Below, piece by piece: positions 36,297 to 47,622 of a stretch of DNA of 55,475 nt (positions are counted from its first letter, which is position 1; each line of letters starts with the position of its first letter). The position numbers and the translations under genes are program-made. This DNA is from Thraustochytrium aureum (taxonomy: Eukaryota). The notes under the pieces were generated by a model, which did not search any database, was not told the DNA's origin, and saw only the letters and a program-made list of their open reading frames with translations. The stretch spans positions 173,062 to 228,536 of the forward strand of contig BLSG01000385.1 of NCBI GenBank assembly GCA_012862495.1, written 5' to 3'.

Positions 36297-37470
36297 GGCG
36301 GTCGGGCTGAGCGACGGCCAGGCCCTTGTGTACGATATCCGGTCGTCTCGGCCTCTCCAGCGCAAGCACCACGCGAACGAGCTGCCGATTGTTTCTCTCC
36401 AGTTTCAGCGCCCTGGAAAGCTTTTAGTGAGTGCCGACCCGAAGGGAATCAAGGTCTGGAACCGCGACACGGGCAAGGCGTTTTGCAACATGGAGCCGCA
36501 GGGGGATGTGAACGAGGTGCACCTGGTGGAGACCGGCTCGGGGTCCGGGATGACGAGCGGGTTGATCTTTGCGGCAGGGGAAATGCAGCGCATCATGGCG
36601 TTTTACGTCCCGCGCCTCGGCCAAGCTCCCAAGTGGGCCTCGTTTCTGGACAACCTGACGGAGGAGCTCGAAGAGACCAACCGGACCAGCGAGGAGGTTT
36701 ATGACAACTACAAGTTTGTGCAGCAAGCCGACCTGGAGCGCCTCGGCGTCGCCAATCTCGTCGGCACGCCGCTGTTGCGCGTCTTTATGCACGGTTACTT
36801 TATGGACATGCGGCTCTACCGGCGGCTCAAGTCTGTGTCCGAGCCGATGGCCTTTGAGAGCTGGCGCAAGGAGCAGATCAAGAAGAAAATGGAGGACAAG
36901 GTCTCCCAGCGCATCGCCCGCAAAGCGCCGGCTGGTCCCAAGGTCAACAGCAAGCTCGCTGGTCGCGTCTCGCAAGAGGACAACCGGTTCAAGGCCTTCT
37001 TCGAGGACGACGACTTTGCCGTTGACGAGGAGTCCGATTTGTTCAAGCAGGTTTACCCGAGCGGGTTGGGCGGTCCCATGCGTGGTGCGCCACGGGACCA
37101 AGCAGCAGCGGCGGCGGCCGCGGCCGCGCAAGACAACGGGTCGGGGGCAGAGGATGGCGACGACGCCGGAGTCGCGGTCGAGGCGAGCAAGCCGCGGAAG
37201 AAGCTGCAGCTCAAAGGCGCGGATGCTAAAGACTCCACCTCAGCGACAAAGCTTTTGCTCGGCGCAAAAAGCGCGAAGCGGAGGCACGTTGGGCCGGCCC
37301 CGACCGTGAAGGAGAAGCTGCGCGACGAGGTGACCAGCCAGGAGCTGAAACTGCTCCCTGGCGGAAACATGGAGGTCTCCTTCGTCCCCAAAGCGTCGGA
37401 CGAGCCTTCTACCAAGCGCCGAAAGCCGGCACGAGGGCCTGCAGGCCGTTCAAGAGCCGCGAAAAGGTAG
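36297..37470 (+). CDS. NOL10: Nucleolar protein 10 / Enp2 (WD40 + NUC153), 5' part in gap
   Basis: YDIRSSRP, VPRLGQAPKWASFLDNLTEELEE, YDNYKFV, LLRVFMHGYFMD, DNRFKAFFEDDDFAVDEES. Confidence 0.92.
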
Positions 37471-38519
37471 AACAATCAACAAGCCTGTAGTACACGGTCT
37501 TCGCAGTTGGTCCTCGCCCAGTCCTCGAGTCCGCGCAGCACGGCACTCGGCCGTGCTCGGTCGAGCCAAACGAGAAGGCTGGTAGCCCTCCCCCCACTTG
37601 GCGCCCGCGCAGGCTCCATCCAGGCTCCTGACGCACGCTCAGGCCTCCCGCACCCCCGCACCGCCCGCACCGGCCCACGTGCCACGTGCCAGCGGCGCGT
37701 CTGCAGTCATCGCGCTGCCAGTGGACAGCAAAACCAAAACAAAGACTCGAAGATAAAACCTTCTCGGCATGTTCTGGGAGGTTCTCTTGTTCCTCCCCCC
37801 TTCAAGAGTCCCGCCTGGTCCACAGGGCCTCGGCCGCCAGAGAACGAGCTTCTGTTACCTCAGCCAAAGCCTCGCGTCGAACAGAACAGGCGTCCTTGGG
37901 TCTGCCGCGAGACGACTCTGCGCCACGCAGTGCTGGAGTGTGTGAGGGCCGCAGGTTCGCGCGAGAGAGGTGCAGGGCAACCGTTTGTGAATTTCTCGGC
38001 GAGGAGAAGCTGGGGGGAACCCGCGCAGGTTGCAGTGAGCAAGCAAGTGAAAGCAGAGCTATGAGCTACGCAGGGCAAAGCAAACGGGCGAAGGCAGGCA
38101 GGCAGGCAGGCAGGTGAGTAGNNNNNNNNNNNNNNNNNNNNNNNNNNNNNNNNNNNNNNNNNNNNNNNNNNNNNNNNNNNNNNNNNNNNNNNNNNNNNNN
38201 NNNNNNNNNNNNNNNNNNNNNNNNNNNNNNNNNNNNNNNNNNNNNNNNNNNNNNNNNNNNNNNNNNNNNNNNNNNNNNNNNNNNNNNNNNNNNNNNNNNN
38301 NNNNNNNNNNNNNNNNNNNNNNNNNNNNNNNNNNNNNNNNNNNNNNNNNNNNNNNNNNNNNNNNNNNNNNNNNNNNNNNNNNNNNNNNNNNCGCTTAGCG
38401 GCGCGGTGGGCCCCTTTGCAGGTTAGCTGGCGGCCGCGGTGATGGATCCACCAAGTCGACGCCACGCGGGGCCGCCCTCGCGCAGGCGGCAGCGGTCAAC
38501 GCGCGACAAGGCTAGCTTG

Positions 38520-40091
38520 ATGCGCGGACTGGAAGGGCTGCTGATGCGGCTACAAATGACAAAGTCGTACGACGACCTCGTGTCGGCGCAGGGCATGTCA
38601 GAAACGATGGGCGAGGTGATCCGTGTGCTGGAAGGCGATGTGGAGGCGATGCGGCTCGTGGATCTCGCGGCCCTGCCCGAGTTTTTCGGCCGCACTGTTG
38701 CTTGTGTAGCGAGCTATCAGACCTTGCTGCAGATCCCATGGGAGCACCGGGCGAGCGAGCTGCTGCCATGGAACGACTATACGGACTGGCGCTTTCGCGA
38801 CTGGGAGGACTTTCCCGTATCGCACTTGAGCTCCGTGTTCGGGCCCTGCAAGTTCTTCTACTATCTCCTCGTCGCAGTCAACTCGGCGACGCTCCACCGC
38901 GATATGGCAGACGATATGGCCAGCTTGTACGTAGCAGAGCCGCTCCCACTCAGCATCTACGCGCGCTCCGAGGACAGAGGGAGCGCTAGCAGAGCCTCGC
39001 ACCGCCCAACCAGCTCGCCGGTCCTGCACCTTTCCTCCGACCAAGACCGCGGTTCGCTCGCAGCAGACTTTGCTCCTCCAAGGCCCACCCGAGAGGCTGC
39101 CGCAGTGCCGCAGCAGCCAGCGGCGAGCTCGAGGGGCGAAAATGGGACCGCAGATGCAGATGCAGATGCAGATGCAGGTCCACGCCTGGATGCTGGTTTC
39201 TCTGGGGGCGTTCGAGGCGCGCTCAGGCGCAGACTGCGCCTCTCCGAGGTGCTCCTGCCTTGGGACGTCGAAGGATGCTGCGCCAGAAGCCGAGCAGAAT
39301 TGGCTAGAGGACAGGGCGCAGGTCANGTTTTCGGGCCGGGGCCGCCTGACGCGCAACGCGACCGCGTCGCGCCGCCTGCGGCCCGGCCAGCAGCCGCGAG
39401 CCGGGCTTGTTCTGCAACTGCCCTGCAAGCCGGAGCGCAGAGGACGTACCAGGATGCTGCAAACGATATCATGAACGAGATGCTGGCGTCGAGCAGCGCG
39501 CTAGGGCGGGTTTCGGCAAACGCGGAGCTTGGCGCTCTGTTGGCGGAGAACTATGACCACCTGTCTTTGGACGAGATAAACGACCTGATCGAACTAGAGA
39601 GCGTGCTGTCCAACAGTGACGTCGAGCGCGCAAACAAACTTTTGCAGGGCACGTTTGAAAACGCGCTGAGCGAGAACGGGGGCCTGGAGGACCTCGACGA
39701 TGTCGTTCCCAGTCTCTACCAGCTTTCGCTCGACGCGCTCTTCTTTCATCGCGTTGACTTTTCGCATCTTCCCAACCAGCTCCTCCAGCTCGTCATGGAC
39801 CATGCTTCGGAGGTGCTCGATATGGCATCGCTCGACCTCGAACAGTGGCCTGTTGGTGTCGTCCGGTGTATTGTCGCTGCGTTCGACGCGCGCCTGCTCA
39901 CGCTCATTCCGCAAGACCGTCGCGGGATGCATTCGTTGCCATGGGATGACTTTTGCGTCGCGCGCTTCGGAGAAAACTATGCGGCTTGCTTGCATGAGCG
40001 CGTAGCTCAGATGTTCTCGCCCTGCCGACTGTTTTTCCTCTTGCTCCAGCGCGAGTGCGCAGAGAACGAGGTGTCGATGGTGTTTCGATGA
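38520..40091 (+). CDS. Hypothetical protein with two copies of an unnamed domain; exon structure uncertain
   Basis: Long open frame with an internal duplication (LPWxD...RF...FxPCxxFxxLL) and a low-complexity linker containing (GCAGAT)n. Confidence 0.6.
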   Translation: MRGLEGLLMRLQMTKSYDDLVSAQGMSETMGEVIRVLEGDVEAMRLVDLAALPEFFGRTVACVASYQTLLQIPWEHRASELLPWNDYTDWRFRDWEDFPVSHLSSVFGPCKFFYYLLVAVNSATLHRDMADDMASLYVAEPLPLSIYARSEDRGSASRASHRPTSSPVLHLSSDQDRGSLAADFAPPRPTREAAAVPQQPAASSRGENGTADADADADAGPRLDAGFSGGVRGALRRRLRLSEVLLPWDVEGCCARSRAELARGQGAGXVFGPGPPDAQRDRVAPPAARPAAASRACSATALQAGAQRTYQDAANDIMNEMLASSSALGRVSANAELGALLAENYDHLSLDEINDLIELESVLSNSDVERANKLLQGTFENALSENGGLEDLDDVVPSLYQLSLDALFFHRVDFSHLPNQLLQLVMDHASEVLDMASLDLEQWPVGVVRCIVAAFDARLLTLIPQDRRGMHSLPWDDFCVARFGENYAACLHERVAQMFSPCRLFFLLLQRECAENEVSMVFR

Positions 40092-40182
40092 ACTCGTCAA
40101 GCAAATGGCGCAAATCCATGGCGTGCTCCGCCGAGGAGCGTGAGGGCTTGGGCCCGCGGTCCTTTTGTGTTCCTGATGCGTC

Positions 40183-40552
40183 TTTCGGGCGTGTCTCTTT
40201 TTTCTGTGTGGTCTGTTGCTTGCCTGACGTGAAACGGAGACTTGCTGGGCTTGTTCGTGCTGTCTGGAGATATCATAAAAATGACAATGTTAGTTTTGAC
40301 CGCATTTGGTTTGCAGTAGTCAAGGCCGTGCGCCATCCTTTCTGCGGAGAGAGGCCGGCGCCGAGCTTTCGGGCGTGCCTCTTTTTTCTGTGTGGTCCGT
40401 TGCTTGCCTGACGTGATGCGGAGACTTGCTGGGCTTGTTCGTGCTGTCTGGAGATATCATAAAAATGACAATGTTGCTCTAGTTTTGACCGCATTCGGTT
40501 TGCAGTTGTCAAGGCCTTGCGCCATCCTTTCTGCGGAAAGAGGCCGGCGCCG
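40183..40552. repeat. Tandem duplication of a ~185-bp non-coding segment
   Basis: Copy 1 ~40183-40363, copy 2 ~40367-40552; a few substitutions and one 5-bp indel. Confidence 0.92.
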
Positions 40553-40710
40553 TGCGGTGCTTTGCACGGCGGCACGCGCAAGACGAATTCACATCAATGC
40601 CCGTTCCGCCGTTCATTTGTTTCGCCAACTACACTACCTACAACTCGCACCCACAGCGCCAACGAAGGCCGCGGGAAACGGCCGCCCTTTTCGCTGCAGC
40701 TTCCTCGGGC

Positions 40711-40969
40711 TCACACCTCGTCCTCGTTCAGTAGCATGTTGGGGATCGTGTTCTTAATGGGGAACTTTCGGCCCGACTCGGGGCACACAAGCGTGCCTTC
40801 TACGACGACAATCTCCAGCAGAACGTGGTGCAGCTTTTTCAGAAACTCTGCATCCCCAAGCCAGCTCCTCCGTGACCTGCTCTGGTAGGGTTTCGCCAAA
40901 CTGCGCTGCCGCGCCGCGCAGCGCGGGCCAGTCGAGCTTGGGCGCCATAGCCTTGAGAACTCCTCGTTC
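40711..40969 (-). CDS. TRM112: Methyltransferase activator Trm112, 3' part; two apparent compensating indels; 5' end in gap
   Basis: [21 protein letters not shown]...[47 protein letters not shown]. Confidence 0.92.
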
Positions 40970-42536
40970 ANNNNNNNNNNNNNNNNNNNNNNNNNNNNNN
41001 NNNNNNNNNNNNNNNNNNNNNNNNNNNNNNNNNNNNNNNNNNNNNNNNNNNNNNNNNNNNNNNNNNNNNNNNNNNNNNNNNNNNNNNNNNNNNNNNNNNN
41101 NNNNNNNNNNNNNNNNNNNNNNNNNNNNNNNNNNNNNNNNNNNNNNNNNNNNNNNNNNNNNNNNNNNNNNNNNNNNNNNNNNNNNNNNNNNNNNNNNNNN
41201 NNNNNNNNNNNNNNNNNNNNNNNNNNNNNNNNNNNNNNNNNNNNNNNNNNNNNNNNNNNNNNNNNNNNNNNNNNNNNNNNNNNNNNNNNNNNNNNNNNNN
41301 NNNNNNNNNNNNNNNNNNNNNNNNNNNNNNNNNNNNNNNNNNNNNNNNNNNNNNNNNNNNNNNNNNNNNNNNNNNNNNNNNNNNNNNNNNNNNNNNNNNN
41401 NNNNNNNNNNNNNNNNNNNNNNNNNNNNNNNNNNNNNNNNNNNNNNNNNNNNNNNNNNNNNNNNNNNNNNNNNNNNNNNNNNNNNNNNNNNNNNNNNNNN
41501 NNNNNNNNNNNNNNNNNNNNNNNNNNNNNNCGCGCGCCTCCTCCTCCTCCTCCTCCTTGGCCACGGCAAAGCGTTCCGCAGCAGTCGGCACCTCCTGCGG
41601 AACACGCGCGCACCTTTACCTCTTGCAAACAGAACAGCACAGAAAGAAACGCGCGCTCACCCGCCTCACGAGCTTAGCAGAAACACGCGCACACCTCAGC
41701 CCCGCGTTCCGCGATTGAGCGCACACTCCGGTCAAATAGAAAGGAACGACCGCACACTCATACCCCTCTCAGCGCGTGCCCCCGGGTTCCGCCCGGCTAT
41801 TCCACCTCAGTCACTTCTTCTCAGGTGTGTATTTCCCCGATGCCGGGGGCCGGGCGGTAGAAGCGGAACGCATTTGAAAGTGTGAGTGCGGTGGTTGCGC
41901 GGCAACCGCCACCTTGGCCCTATGTAGTCTCGCGCATAGGCCGCCAAGGTGAGCGCTGCAATAGCCCGTTTTTGGCATTGTCGCTGGAGGCAGGCAAGCA
42001 GACAAGCAGGCGGGCAGGCAGGCACGCAACGAGCGCAGGCGCGCGCAGAGGCAGGCAGGCAGGCAGGCAGGCGGGCAGGCGTGCAGGCGTGCGTGCAGGC
42101 GGGCGTGCAGGCGTGCAGCAGCGGGGCGAGGGGCAGTCGGGCCAGAGCGCGGCGCTGGCTGCGGCGCAAGCGGCGGATCGGTTCTCGGACGTGGAACGAA
42201 CGGCACAACGGGCACGCGGAGCACGGCGCGGCGCGCGAGGACGCGGGCTCGCTCGAGGGCACGCACGAGGCGCACGGAGCTGCTAGGGGACGCGAAGGGG
42301 GCTGGGCGAGAGTCGATGGTCGCGCGCTGAAGTGGTGGGCGGCGGCTTGTGGCTTGGACGGGTTCCGGGAGACCGGGAGGGACGCTGACGGAGGCGGCGC
42401 GCGGAGCGGTGCCACGGGAAAGCGGGAGGAGGCCAGGGCGGCGGGCTTGCTGGGCGTTTGGCACGCAGGGCTTTTGCTCGTCGTTGACTTGGCGCCACGC
42501 TTGTCGGAGCCGCACGTTTGGAATTTGCGGTGCTCG

Positions 42537-45500
42537 ATGATCCCGGTCGGTCGCACGCTCGCTCGGACGCCGCCCGCCCAGGTTGAACCGAGCGCAGCGA
42601 GCACAAACTTGTTCGGAAACAAGAGGTCCTCGCCTGGCGCGAATGACGCGCGCGAGTCTTTCAAGCGTGCCAAACCAGGCATGTCGCAGGAACGCCGCCC
42701 CTTCAGCGACCTGACCAGATCCACGAACGCGGCAGCTGCGCCCTCGCTCTCCCTCAAGCCGAATCGCCCTGCAGCCGAGGCACCAGCGCTGGTGGATCGC
42801 GAGCCGTTGCAAGTCGGCGTCGCGAAGAACGTCGTTCCGACTGGAAAGCAGTTAGCCCGAACCCCGCTCGGCGCAGCCCATGCGCCGGTTCCTTCGGCCG
42901 GGATTGCCTCTGAGCGAGCTTCAAGCGCAGATGCGCTCGCGTCGTTTCGGCAAGGCTCTTCCCTCGAAAGCGGAATGCACCCCCTGGACAAGCTCGCTCG
43001 AGCGCCCGTGGCACCGCTGGACACGGCGGCGAAACCAGACGCTTTCGTTCGCAGTCCGTTCGGTCTGAAGCGCTCTCAAGTCGCCGGGCCGCGCAATAGA
43101 ACTGAAATTCGCAACAGCTCTGCGCCCCAAGACGCTGCGCCCAGAAACGCCGTGCCGACTGGCAGCCAGCTCGCGCGCACACCAGATGAACAGTCGCGCA
43201 CTTTGGGCCCTGAAGTTGCAAGAGAACGCTCAGAACACTCTGGTGCGCAACACAGGCGCACGCAAGTCGAGCTTGCGCATGCGGGCCATAAACCAAAGCC
43301 CGCGCACCTCGCGCTCTCACCTCAATTGCAAATCGCCCCGTCGGCTGCACAGCACGCACGCAACCCTGGAGCGCCCCCAGAGCTTGGCAGCAAGAAGAAT
43401 ATTGTGCCAACTGGAGCGCAGCTTGCGCGCACGCCAGTTGAGCAGCTGCCACGCCAACCGACAGGTGGCAGGAAGAACATCGTGCCCACCGGAACGCAGC
43501 TCGCGCGCANNNNNNNNNNNNNNNNNNNNNNNNNNNNNNNNNNNNNNNNNNNNNNNNNNNNNNNNNNNNNNNNNNNNNNNNNNNNNNNNNNNNNNNNNNN
43601 NNNNNNNNNNNNNNNNNNNNNNNNNNNNNNNNNNNNNNNNNNNNNNNNNNNNNNNNNNNNNNNNNNNNNNNNNNNNNNNNNNNNNNNNNNNNNNNNNNNN
43701 NNNNNNNNNNNNNNNNNNNNNNNNNNNNNNNNNNNNNNNNNNNNNNNNNNNNNNNNNNNNNNNNNNNNNNNNNNNNNNNNNNNNNNNNNNNNNNNNNNNN
43801 NNNNNNNNNNNNNNNNNNNNNNNNNNNNNNNNNNNNNNNNNNNNNNNNNNNNNNNNNNNNNNNNNNNNNNNNNNNNNNNNNNNNNNNNNNNNNNNNNNNN
43901 NNNNNNNNNNNNNNNNNNNNNNNNNNNNNNNNNNNNNNNNNNNNNNNNNNNNNNNNNNNNNNNNNNNNNNNNNNNNNNNNNNNNNNNNNNNNNNNNNNNN
44001 NNNNNNNNNNNNNNNNNNNNNNNNNNNNNNNNNNNNNNNNNNNNNNNNNNNNNNNNNNNNNNNNNNNNNNNNNNNNNNNNNNNNNNNNNNNNNNNNNNNN
44101 NNNNNNNNNNNNNNNNNNNNNNNNNNNNNNNNNNNNNNNNNNNNNNNNNNNNNNNNNNNNNNNNNNNNNNNNNNNNNNNNNNNNNNNNNNNNNNNNNNNN
44201 NNNNNNNNNNNNNNNNNNNNNNNNNNNNNNACAGCGCCGGTTGCCTTCCGGAGATCAACTTGCGCACACGACAGACGAGCGCCCGCGGCAGCAGGAGTTG
44301 GACGGGGACGAGAACGTCGTGCCATCCAGAGCGCGACTTGGGCGCTCGACGGCTTTAACGCAGCAACCGAGCAGCACCAGGCAGAGCGCCGTGCCGACCG
44401 GAGCGCAGCTGGCACGCACACCTATTGAGTCACTGCCGCAGCAAGAGTTCGACGGCAGAGAGACTGTCGGTTCATCTGGAGATCAACTTGAGCGCACGCT
44501 TCCAGGAACTCTGCAGCCAATCGGTGGAAGCAAGAACGTCGTGCAGACCGGAACTCAACTTGGGCGCTCCCCGCTGGAGCACCTGCAACTGAACGGCGCC
44601 GAAAACGCCGTGCCATCGGCGGCGCAGCTCCCGCGCGCGCCTGTTGAACAGCAACAAATCTTGCACGTGAATGGCGTCGCGCCGTCCGATGTGCAGGTCG
44701 TGCGAGCCAACCGGGACGAGGTTGCGAGAGCGACGCTGGCGAACAACACTGCACCAACCGGAGCGCAACTTGCGCGCACCCCGCTTGGAGGGAAGCTGCT
44801 CGCCTTGCGAGGAGAGACTGCGAGGCTGGCGGAAAGCCAAGCTAGCGAAACGCTCGCCGCGAGCCGGCCGGACGTGCCGAAGAATGTTGTCCCGACGGGC
44901 CATCAGCTGGCGAGAACGCCGACTGCAAGCACAGGCGAGCCCTTTCGCGACGCCGGCCAGGTGGTGCCCGCAAGACCGGTCGACGAGGCAGCCCTTGCAG
45001 AGGCACCGCGAGCAGTCCAGGGGCGAACAGCGCCAGAGAGCAACGCACCACGGGGCGGAGAGCCGCGCAGCACGGCGTGGGCCGAGCCCCGCGACCGTGA
45101 AAAGCCGCCGGCGCTGTCGACAGCAGACGAAACCCATCTAGGCGAAGGCGCCCTGTCGCCGTCGCTGTCCTCGCATGACAGTCCCGCATTTGACTCGTCG
45201 TCCCCTTGGTCGTCCGGGTTCGACGAGGGCGGCCGATCTCCGACAGCGTCGAGGCGCCAACGCAGCAAATCGCCGCGCAGAATCCGAGAAACAGGGCCCG
45301 CTCCGCGAGACAAGCGGTCCGGCGACAGCGAGGCCGCCCCCCTCGGAGCGCAAGACAAGGCCTACCTGCGGCATGTGGACAACGTGCGGCGCCTGGAGGC
45401 GCTCAAGAACGAGATGCGCGATCTGAAGAGAAGGTTCAACGCCGCGCAGCAACGAGGGGAGACCGCACTGTTCCGGACCGAGCGCACTGGGGAAGCCCTC

Positions 45501-46140
45501 CGCGCGCAAAAGCGCCGCGACGCCAGGGTGGTGGCCTGGATGATCGAGCACGCGGTGCTTCGCCCCGGCGAAGGCGTCTCGGAGGACTGCATCCAGCAGG
45601 GCATCAATCTGGTACAGGCTGAGCTGGACGACTTTCAAGCGAACCGCAAGCAGCAGGCGGTGGCGGCGGCGGTGGCGCGAGTCACCAAGGCGAACGGCTC
45701 GCACGGCGGCACGGCAAGCCTCACGCAGCGGCAGGCCATGGAGGCCGTCCAGAATGCGCTGATGCGGCAGTGGCAGTCCAACCAAAACATGCTGCAGGTG
45801 ATCGAGAAGAAGATAAACGAGTGCCAGGAGGAGCTGGACGAGCAGTCGGACGAGTGCGTCGAGACGGAGATGCAGTCGATCCGCATCCAGCACGCCTGCC
45901 TGAAGAAGGAGGTGCACAAGCTCAAGAGCTCGGACGGCGGCAACGCCGGCGCTGTCAAGCGCCTGCTGCGCCGCGCAGAGCCTTCCTCATCCGCTACGAG
46001 AGCCTTCGCCGCACCACCAAGCGGCTCGAGCGGCACTTCTCCGAGGCGGCCTCGGCTGCCACCCGCGCCTGCAACTGACGCCGCCGCCGCCGCTGCCGGG
46101 CCCAGCCACCCTGCTGGCACCCGTGCGTGCGTGCTCCGAG
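42537..46140 (+). CDS. Large disordered repeat protein (VPTGxQLARTP repeats) with C-terminal coiled coil; 3' end runs into gap
   Basis: Open frame on both sides of gap 43510-44230, about 13 visible repeats, coiled coil at ~45350-45930. May end at 47282 beyond the next gap. Confidence 0.75.
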
Positions 46141-47622
46141 NNNNNNNNNNNNNNNNNNNNNNNNNNNNNNNNNNNNNNNNNNNNNNNNNNNNNNNNNNNN
46201 NNNNNNNNNNNNNNNNNNNNNNNNNNNNNNNNNNNNNNNNNNNNNNNNNNNNNNNNNNNNNNNNNNNNNNNNNNNNNNNNNNNNNNNNNNNNNNNNNNNN
46301 NNNNNNNNNNNNNNNNNNNNNNNNNNNNNNNNNNNNNNNNNNNNNNNNNNNNNNNNNNNNNNNNNNNNNNNNNNNNNNNNNNNNNNNNNNNNNNNNNNNN
46401 NNNNNNNNNNNNNNNNNNNNNNNNNNNNNNNNNNNNNNNNNNNNNNNNNNNNNNNNNNNNNNNNNNNNNNNNNNNNNNNNNNNNNNNNNNNNNNNNNNNN
46501 NNNNNNNNNNNNNNNNNNNNNNNNNNNNNNNNNNNNNNNNNNNNNNNNNNNNNNNNNNNNNNNNNNNNNNNNNNNNNNNNNNNNNNNNNNNNNNNNNNNN
46601 NNNNNNNNNNNNNNNNNNNNNNNNNNNNNNNNNNNNNNNNNNNNNNNNNNNNNNNNNNNNNNNNNNNNNNNNNNNNNNNNNNNNNNNNNNNNNNNNNNNN
46701 NNNNNNNNNNNNNNNNNNNNNNNNNNNNNNNNNNNNNNNNNNNNNNNNNNNNNNNNNNNNNNNNNNNNNNNNNNNNNNNNNNNNNNNNNNNNNNNNNNNN
46801 NNNNNNNNNNNNNNNNNNNNNNNNNNNNNNNNNNNNNNNNNNNNNNNNNNNNNNNNNNNNNNNNNNNNNNNNNNNNNNNNNNNNNNNNNNNNNNNNNNNN
46901 NNNNNNNNNNNNNNNNNNNNNNNNNNNNNNNNNNNNNNNNNNNNNNNNNNNNNNNNNNNNNNNNNNNNNNNNNNNNNNNNNNNNNNNNNNNNNNNNNNNN
47001 NNNNNNNNNNNNNNNNNNNNNNNNNNNNNNNNNNNNNNNNNNNNNNNNNNNNNNNNNNNNNNNNNNNNNNNNNNNNNNNNNNNNNNNNNNNNNNNNNNNN
47101 NNNNNNNNNNNNNNNNNNNNAAACAACAAGTGAGCAGAGTTTCTTTTGGGGACGGACTCCTTTCCTTTTCCCCTGTGCGTCCGGGCGCGTCTGTCCGCGA
47201 GCCCGATGGCCTTGCTCTTGCCGGGGTCTTCGGCCGCACGGCCCAGCGCGCTTCGCCGCACTTATTGGGATCCATCCGTTAACCAAACCTCAATCGTTTT
47301 TCTCCTCCATAGCGTGCTTGTGCCGGCCTGCGGCGAGTAGCCCGCAACCAATCGGCGCTCGCCTCCGGCGCGCTCACTCGAGCGCCCTGCATGCAAGCAA
47401 GCAGCGATCCGGAACTGCGCTCGACCCCCCCTCGACGTAGGGCAGTTGCTCAGCAGCAACCCGAAAAGAAAAGAAAACACGAAAAAAAACTCGCCGCGAA
47501 AATTGAAACACAAAAGCAATCCACCAGCTTGCCCATGCCCATGCACTCGACCTCCTGGAAAAGTCGCTCGGCTGGCTCAGGCCCGAGGCCCAAAACCCAC
47601 GATCGGGCGCCCCTTTCACTCG

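Noticed and set aside
41949..42536. N-terminal 196 codons of the 1777-aa ORF
   Set aside because: Non-ATG start running through (GGCA)n microsatellites; likely UTR or intron. ATG 42537 begins the first repeat.
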